DNA of 64,000 bases from Candidatus Latescibacterota bacterium. Lineage in GTDB: Bacteria; Krumholzibacteriota; Krumholzibacteriia; WVZY01. Every line of letters begins with the position of its first letter. The stretch's first letter is position 1. The position numbers and the translations under genes were made by a program. The notes under the pieces were generated by a model. The model saw nothing but the letters and a program-made list of their open reading frames with translations. It was not told the origin of the DNA and did no database searches. Location: positions 256,001-320,000 of the forward strand of contig CAWBQK010000017.1 in NCBI GenBank assembly GCA_963791045.1, given 5' to 3'. This document shows, in pieces, positions 58,326-64,000 of the stretch.

Positions 58326-58826
58326 TTACCAATCCGAGACCGTAAGGCTCAGTATCCTGTCGGTGATTTCTTTCAGAGATTCCGTAAGCGCGTCGTCGTA
58401 TGTAAAACCCGGCTCTTGTGACCCCGCGAAATATGATCCATCGCCCTTTATCGTCTTGTTCTCCCAGATCGCGGAGTTCGTCATCCGGTTGAACAACGTG
58501 GCCTGAAGGGTTACGACAACGTGATATTCCTCGGCATTGAGCTCGGTATTAAAAGAAAACGGCCGGTTGACAAATCCAACAAGAGTGCCTTCCAGTACGG
58601 CGTCGGCGTTGCCTTCATCGGTAACACTCAGCGTGTTGTCTTCGATGAGTAGCCGCACTATCGTTTCCGTAACGAAGATCTCGATGTTGGGTTCCGAAGT
58701 CTTGTTCTCGAAGAACAACACCGCGATCGACTTGATATCCTTGGCCGTCTTTGATTTCGTGCTGTAGTATCCGCACCCCGTATTGACGAGAAGCACAACG
58801 CAGAGTGCCGCCAGGTAAATTCTCAT
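58326..58826 (-). CDS. lptE: LptE-family lipoprotein
   Basis: TGC-GY lipobox, FENKT.EP, ADAVLEG, terminal W; adjacent to holA. Confidence 0.75.
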   Translation of the reverse strand: MRIYLAALCVVLLVNTGCGYYSTKSKTAKDIKSIAVLFFENKTSEPNIEIFVTETIVRLLIEDNTLSVTDEGNADAVLEGTLVGFVNRPFSFNTELNAEEYHVVVTLQATLFNRMTNSAIWENKTIKGDGSYFAGSQEPGFTYDDALTESLKEITDRILSLTVSDW

Positions 58827-60250
58827 TCGCCGGAGTCTTCCTTCTCGTCGCCGAGGTCGTAGGCCTTCATCCGGTAACGGAGCTTATCCCGCTTCAGGTT
58901 GAGCAGTCTCGCCGTCTGGCTTTGATTCCAACGGGCTTGTTCCGACGCCTTCACAATCATTTCGCGCTCGACTTCAGCCACCATCTGTTCGAATTCGATA
59001 CCGTCTTCGGGGATGGGTTGGGACAACAGCTGGTCGATGCGCTTGCCGATACTGCTGTCTTCCGGGCGCAGTGTGGAAAACGGCAGGTGCTCCGCCTTGA
59101 GCACGGTGTCGTTCTCAAGGAGAACGATTCGTTCGATGGTGTTCTTGAGTTCGCGGATGTTTCCCGGCCAGTGGTAGTCGTACATCAATTGCTGCGCGCC
59201 CTCGTTAATATCCTCAAAGGATTTGTGGAACTTCTTATTGAAATGGTTGACAAAGTACTTTGTAAAACCGAGCAGGTCTTCTTTGCGTTCGCGCAGCGGC
59301 GGCACGAAGACCGGCACGACCTTCAAGCGGTAGTACAGATCCGCCCGGAAGCGATTTTCCTCGACCTCGGTCTTGAGATCACGGTTTGTCGCGCTGACTA
59401 TCCGCACACTGACGTGTATATCGGTGGTGCCGCCGACGCGTCGGAAAACCATCCTTTCCAGGACACGGAGCAATTTCACCTGGATGGTAAGACTCATTTC
59501 GCCGATTTCGTCGAGAAAGAGCGTCCCACGGTTGGCCAGCTCGAGGAGGCCCTGCTTCTGTGTCTTCGCATCGGTGAACGAGCCTTTCTCGTGACCGAAC
59601 AATTCGCTTTCAAGCAGCTGCTCGGGAAGCGAGGCACAGTTGATATCCATAAAGGGCTTATCGGCGCGGTTGCTGAACTTGTGAACGAGTCGGGCGATCA
59701 TTTCCTTTCCGACTCCGCTCTCGCCTTCGATCAACACTGTGGTCGTGTCGCTCGTGGCGACCTGCTGAACCATCTCGTAAACTTTTTTCATCGACTTGCT
59801 GTCGCCAAGGATGTACTCGAAACCTTCGCCGATATCCATCTGGCGTTTGAGCTGAAGAACCTCGCGGCTGAGTCGCCGGCTTTCGAGCCCCTTTTTCATG
59901 ATCATGAGCAGCTGGTCGAGGTTGATCGGCTTGCTGACAAAATCAAAAGCGCCTTCCTTCATCGCCTGGACCGCGGTTTCGATATCGCCAAAAGCCGTGA
60001 TCATAACCACGCAGATCTCGGGGAATACCGCCTTGATCCTGTGGAGGACCTCGATACCGTCTATGTCCGGGAGTTTCAGGTCAAGAAGGATGAGATCGGG
60101 AATGACTTTCTTCGCGACCTCAACGGCTTCGAGTCCGTCTTTAGCCGTGTGGGCTTCGTAGCCTTCCTGGACGAGTGTTTTCTCGAGAAAAAATCGAATC
60201 GAGTCCTGGTCATCGACTAGAAGGATGACTGACTTCGCTGGAGTCTCCAT
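58823..60250 (-). CDS. sigma54-dependent response regulator (NtrC/AtoC family)
   Basis: Receiver domain, GESGVGKE, GSFTDA, WPGNIRELKN, Fis-type HTH. Confidence 0.93.
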   Translation of the reverse strand: METPAKSVILLVDDQDSIRFFLEKTLVQEGYEAHTAKDGLEAVEVAKKVIPDLILLDLKLPDIDGIEVLHRIKAVFPEICVVMITAFGDIETAVQAMKEGAFDFVSKPINLDQLLMIMKKGLESRRLSREVLQLKRQMDIGEGFEYILGDSKSMKKVYEMVQQVATSDTTTVLIEGESGVGKEMIARLVHKFSNRADKPFMDINCASLPEQLLESELFGHEKGSFTDAKTQKQGLLELANRGTLFLDEIGEMSLTIQVKLLRVLERMVFRRVGGTTDIHVSVRIVSATNRDLKTEVEENRFRADLYYRLKVVPVFVPPLRERKEDLLGFTKYFVNHFNKKFHKSFEDINEGAQQLMYDYHWPGNIRELKNTIERIVLLENDTVLKAEHLPFSTLRPEDSSIGKRIDQLLSQPIPEDGIEFEQMVAEVEREMIVKASEQARWNQSQTARLLNLKRDKLRYRMKAYDLGDEKEDSGE

Positions 60251-62309
60251 ACTGAACCTTCTCTATTGGGAGATAGACGCTGAAAACCGACCCTTGGTCT
60301 TTTGTGCTTTCTACAAACAGGTAACCGCCGTGGCGCTCGATGAGGCTGTGAGACACGTATAAGCCGAGGCCTGTTCCTTCGTGTTTCGTCGTATAAAATG
60401 GCTCAAAGATCTTGCTCTTTTCCTCTTCCGTAAACCCAACCCCTTCATCCACGACTTCGATAATAACGAAATCACGATACTCGTCAAACAAAACATCGTT
60501 GACGTCATCGGGGAACCGGACGCGAACCTCGACCTTGCCGCCGTTCTCGCTCGCTTCGACGGCGTTTTTCAGAAGGTTTATCATTACCTGTGAAATCCTG
60601 TCCGAATCCGCCATTATCGGCCGGGTATTCTCCGGTATATCGGATTGAACGACAATTCCCTTCTTTTCGGCCGTGTCCTTTACGCTCGATATTCCGTTGC
60701 GAACTATCGTGGCCACGTCCGTCGGATGCTGTAGGAGCTCTTTTACCTGTATGACGTTCAGGATATCGCTGATGAGCCTGTCGATCCTGTTAACCTCGCT
60801 GAGGATGAACGCGATGTTGTCGTTGTGCTCGACCGCGATCCCACCAGCTCGTTTCAGATATTCGAGTCCGGCAACGATGCCGGTCAGCGGGTTTCTAATC
60901 TCGTGGGCCATGCTCGACGAAAATCGTCCCAAAGCGGCGAGTTTGTCGAGATGTATGATTTTCTCCTCCATGCGCTTGATACGCGTGATATCGAGGAAAA
61001 CCGCAATGGTGCCCTGGATCCTCTTCTCCTCATCGACGAGAAGTGAGGTGTTGAGCATGATGGGAAGCTTGCTGCCGTCTTTCTTGACGAGCAATACTTC
61101 CCTCTGGAATACCTTTTCTCCACGTCCCAGTGTTCGCGTAACCGGGCCCGCGGTCTCCCCGACCTTCTGGTCGACGATTATCTCGTCGATTAGCATTCCC
61201 TTTAGTTCTTCCCCGCGATAACCGGTTAGGCGTTCGGCCATTTCGTTGACGAGGAGGATTGTACCCTGCACATCGGCCGTGATGAGTCCGTTCATCATGC
61301 TGTTGATAACGTCGTCTCGAAAACTTTCTTCATACTGAAGCTCGGTGTAGAGCTGCGCGTTTTCGAGAAGAGTGCTGATCTGGAGTGCCAATGTTTCGAC
61401 GGCGACCAGGTCCACCTGACTGAGAACAGCGGCTTTGAATCCGTCGGTGACACCAACGACACCGAGCACGGGCAAGCGACCGCACGAGGGGCAGATGCCA
61501 TCTTCGGCGGATGACGGATCGGGTGATGGCGTCAGCGTCATCGCGCTCTTACGCAATCCATCCGGTTCGTTCTTGAGAAGACAATCCTCGGCTTTCCAAC
61601 AGTGCTGCGAAAACGTGCTCTTCACCATCGGTACGATAAGATAGGATTTCATCGTACTGTCCTCAAAGATCGGATCGTTCGCCGTCATCCCGATGGGGTG
61701 CATCTCCGCGTCTTTTATGAGTACGGGTTTGCGGGTCACAATAGATTTGCGGATTATTCCCTCGAGGTCCTCGAGCTTTACCGTACGTTCTTCCTGTTTG
61801 GTCTCGCCAAAAGCCTCTCGAAATGTATACAAATGGAACGCCCGCTTCTCCTGGTCGAAGATCCCAACGAAAATCTCCTTGAACCCAAGGCCTTTGGCCA
61901 AAAAGCTCTGGACCGAGTCAACAATTCTCGGTTCGTTCAAAGATGAAATGATGGTCAGGCTGATCTCTTTGAGACTGAGCAGCTGAATGTTCTTCTCGAC
62001 GAGCTGGTAGCACTTCTCTTCAAGTTCAGCGGTGACATCCTTGAGTGTGGTGATGAGAAGTTCGTCGATGTCTCTCGACTTTATGTGGTCCGAGCTCGGA
62101 AGACTCTCTATCTGCGCGGCGCGGGCGCTATCGACGATCGATCGATAGCGCGCACGTTTCAAGCGGTTGGCGACCCAAAGATGCGCCAGCGACACCAGAA
62201 AGGCGATCGGAATGAATATCCAGGGACTGAGTAAACTCGCAAGAATGGCGAGCCCCGCCGTGTATATACACACGTGGACCACGATTTGTCTTTTTGATAG
62301 AAATAGCAT
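60210..62309 (-). CDS. Membrane GAF/PAS sensor histidine kinase
   Basis: AHEIRNPL, NLLKNA, DEGVG, FYTTK..GTGLGL. Confidence 0.92.
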   Translation of the reverse strand: MLFLSKRQIVVHVCIYTAGLAILASLLSPWIFIPIAFLVSLAHLWVANRLKRARYRSIVDSARAAQIESLPSSDHIKSRDIDELLITTLKDVTAELEEKCYQLVEKNIQLLSLKEISLTIISSLNEPRIVDSVQSFLAKGLGFKEIFVGIFDQEKRAFHLYTFREAFGETKQEERTVKLEDLEGIIRKSIVTRKPVLIKDAEMHPIGMTANDPIFEDSTMKSYLIVPMVKSTFSQHCWKAEDCLLKNEPDGLRKSAMTLTPSPDPSSAEDGICPSCGRLPVLGVVGVTDGFKAAVLSQVDLVAVETLALQISTLLENAQLYTELQYEESFRDDVINSMMNGLITADVQGTILLVNEMAERLTGYRGEELKGMLIDEIIVDQKVGETAGPVTRTLGRGEKVFQREVLLVKKDGSKLPIMLNTSLLVDEEKRIQGTIAVFLDITRIKRMEEKIIHLDKLAALGRFSSSMAHEIRNPLTGIVAGLEYLKRAGGIAVEHNDNIAFILSEVNRIDRLISDILNVIQVKELLQHPTDVATIVRNGISSVKDTAEKKGIVVQSDIPENTRPIMADSDRISQVMINLLKNAVEASENGGKVEVRVRFPDDVNDVLFDEYRDFVIIEVVDEGVGFTEEEKSKIFEPFYTTKHEGTGLGLYVSHSLIERHGGYLFVESTKDQGSVFSVYLPIEKVQYGDSSEVSHPSSR

Positions 62310-62426
62310 AAAAACCTTATCGCAAGTCTACAACCGTCGAAACCCCGGCGTCAAGACAACGAACGCGTCGACCGCGACCCGGCGTGTTCGTGTATTATAT
62401 GTCATATCAATAGGTTGCGAATCCAG

Positions 62427-63608
62427 TTACAAAACGAGGTACTCGGGCGCTATGCCCATACCTCCGAGGGTCGCCTCAATCTCGTCTTTATAGACAGGAT
62501 TTACGATGATCACGGTATCCGGTTTGATGTCCGCCAATCGCTCCGGAGCCACAATCTCCTGTCCGGCGCCGGCAATGTACATCCCGTGCTTTTTCGGATT
62601 GATGTCCACGACATGCTCGATAAAACCGGTCGACGCGAACAGATTCAAGAACGTAATTCCCTTCGATCCGCCGCCCCACACAACGACTTTCTTATCGGAC
62701 GACTCAAGTTGTTCGAGCGTGCGCCGCCATTGCTCTACGTATGCTCTATAGCCGCGGGTGAAACGGTCGATGACCGTTCCCATCGAGGGCTTCGGCGGGT
62801 TTACGGGCAAGCTCCCGGTTTTCGACACTCGCCCACCGCCGACCCTTGCTTCGATACACAAAAACTGACCGGAGAAGGTCTCATAAGTTTTGTCGACATC
62901 AAACCCGGCACGCTCGAAAACAAACCGGAGCGAACAATCGGTAAAATATGCGGTGTGCTCGTAGATGATGTCCCAGATAAACAGATTCTCAAGTGTGTAC
63001 AAGCCGTTCGGAACTTCAAAGAAGATCGGAATGCCGGGACTGGCATCAAGCGATTGGCGCAACGGCCCCAGCATCGTCATGGGGTCCCAGATGTGTTCCA
63101 GCGTATGACGTGAGCACAAGAAATCAACGCCCACGTCGGAATACGCGTCCGAAAAGTAATCTCGTATGATGCGAACGCCGGTTGGTTGATCCACAAGACT
63201 GTCATCGGGTGCGCTCGGATCAAATCCGTAACCTTTGTTATTCCCACGCTCGCAAATAAGGCGAAGGAACGTCCCATCGCCACACCCCACTTCGACGATT
63301 GACTTTTCGCGAAGATCAAAATCGTCAATTAGACGATCGGTGAGTTGTTCCGCATACGACCGAAAGACGGTCGAATGGTGGAGGGCGTTTTCGTACCCTT
63401 CTCCGTACTCCAGTTTTTGGGGATCAAAAGCCGTGTTGACGATCATGTCGCAGACACCACACACACCGAGGATGATATCGCCCCTCGGGCATCCCAGCGC
63501 CTCCTCGTGAGAACGGTACAAAAAGTTAATTTGTGTCGGAGTATTCCGCGACTCATAAATAATCGTCTGGTCACCGGAACCACATACAGGACACTTCGAA
63601 GCAGTCAC
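62427..63608 (-). CDS. NDP-hexose C-methyltransferase-like SAM-dependent methyltransferase
   Basis: N-terminal CPVC/CGVC, EVGCGDG, HTLEHI, YEH..YF, WGGGSKG, VDINPKKHG. Confidence 0.85.
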   Translation of the reverse strand: MTASKCPVCGSGDQTIIYESRNTPTQINFLYRSHEEALGCPRGDIILGVCGVCDMIVNTAFDPQKLEYGEGYENALHHSTVFRSYAEQLTDRLIDDFDLREKSIVEVGCGDGTFLRLICERGNNKGYGFDPSAPDDSLVDQPTGVRIIRDYFSDAYSDVGVDFLCSRHTLEHIWDPMTMLGPLRQSLDASPGIPIFFEVPNGLYTLENLFIWDIIYEHTAYFTDCSLRFVFERAGFDVDKTYETFSGQFLCIEARVGGGRVSKTGSLPVNPPKPSMGTVIDRFTRGYRAYVEQWRRTLEQLESSDKKVVVWGGGSKGITFLNLFASTGFIEHVVDINPKKHGMYIAGAGQEIVAPERLADIKPDTVIIVNPVYKDEIEATLGGMGIAPEYLVL

Positions 63609-63634
63609 TTTGCGTTACTCCCCAACAGCGTGTG

Positions 63635-64000
63635 TCAAACGGTCATGATTCTGGGTGTGACACCCATGCCCGAAATCATCGTCGAGATCTCATCCTTATA
63701 GACGGGATTCATCACTATGACGGCATCAGGTTGATATTCGGCGACGAATTCGGGCGGCATGATCTCTTTTACCACGCCGGCTATGAATTTGCCGTGACGC
63801 CGGGGGTTGATATCGACAACACCGGCGATCTCCTCGTCCACGCCCAACGTCGTAAGAAACGCCACACACTTCGATCCCGATCCCCAGATAACGGGCCGTT
63901 TTCCAGACGATCCAAGCTCGGTCAGTGTGCGCTTCCAGGCTGCGCGTTGATCGGCGATTCCGGCCGCGAATCCATCCACCCACGCCTCGAGCGTGTCAAC
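63635..64000 (-). CDS. Second C-methyltransferase paralog (5'-truncated by window edge)
   Basis: WGSGSKC, VVDINPRRHGKFIAG, MNPVYKDEI, similar to the neighbouring gene. Confidence 0.8.
   Translation of the reverse strand, partial: VDTLEAWVDGFAAGIADQRAAWKRTLTELGSSGKRPVIWGSGSKCVAFLTTLGVDEEIAGVVDINPRRHGKFIAGVVKEIMPPEFVAEYQPDAVIVMNPVYKDEISTMISGMGVTPRIMTV

Noticed and set aside
58805-60220. 471-aa ORF on +
   Set aside because: Antisense shadow of the NtrC-family gene

Overview
GC-rich bacterial chromosome segment from a diderm. The FlgD/T9SS-type NYPNPFNP C-terminal domain, the WD40-Omp85 protein and LapAB/LptE suggest an FCB-adjacent lineage such as Krumholzibacteriota, Latescibacterota or Eisenbacteria (inference only). 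1-34 kb is mostly + strand housekeeping: proS, xerD-scpAB-rluB-hisC-cmk/plsC-rpsA, lapAB, mutS-[GAF/degenerate GGDEF]-mutL-miaA, der-plsY-gpsA, surE-pcm-rpoS-like-apt, and four tRNAs. 34-49 kb is accessory: an LVIVD protein, a Ser/Thr kinase, a lipoprotein behind a sigma54-type promoter, an orphan ParA with a zinc-ribbon partner, and a Zur-znuACB operon that continues into a metal-permease::HflK fusion plus hflC and hflK. 50-64 kb is mostly - strand (SpoIIE phosphatase, leuS, trxA, holA, lptE, NtrC-type two-component system, C-methyltransferases). A good dif match at 53916-53943, converging KOPS-like octamers and convergent gene orientation indicate the replication terminus. Best leads: the permease-SPFH system in a Zn operon; an unannotated ~135-nt structured RNA with a perfect TTGACA/TATAAT promoter (49435-49569, -); a sigma factor lacking a canonical start codon; and a tandemly duplicated tRNA-Arg promoter. 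proS (3) and leuS (1) carry frameshifts that are probably sequencing errors.
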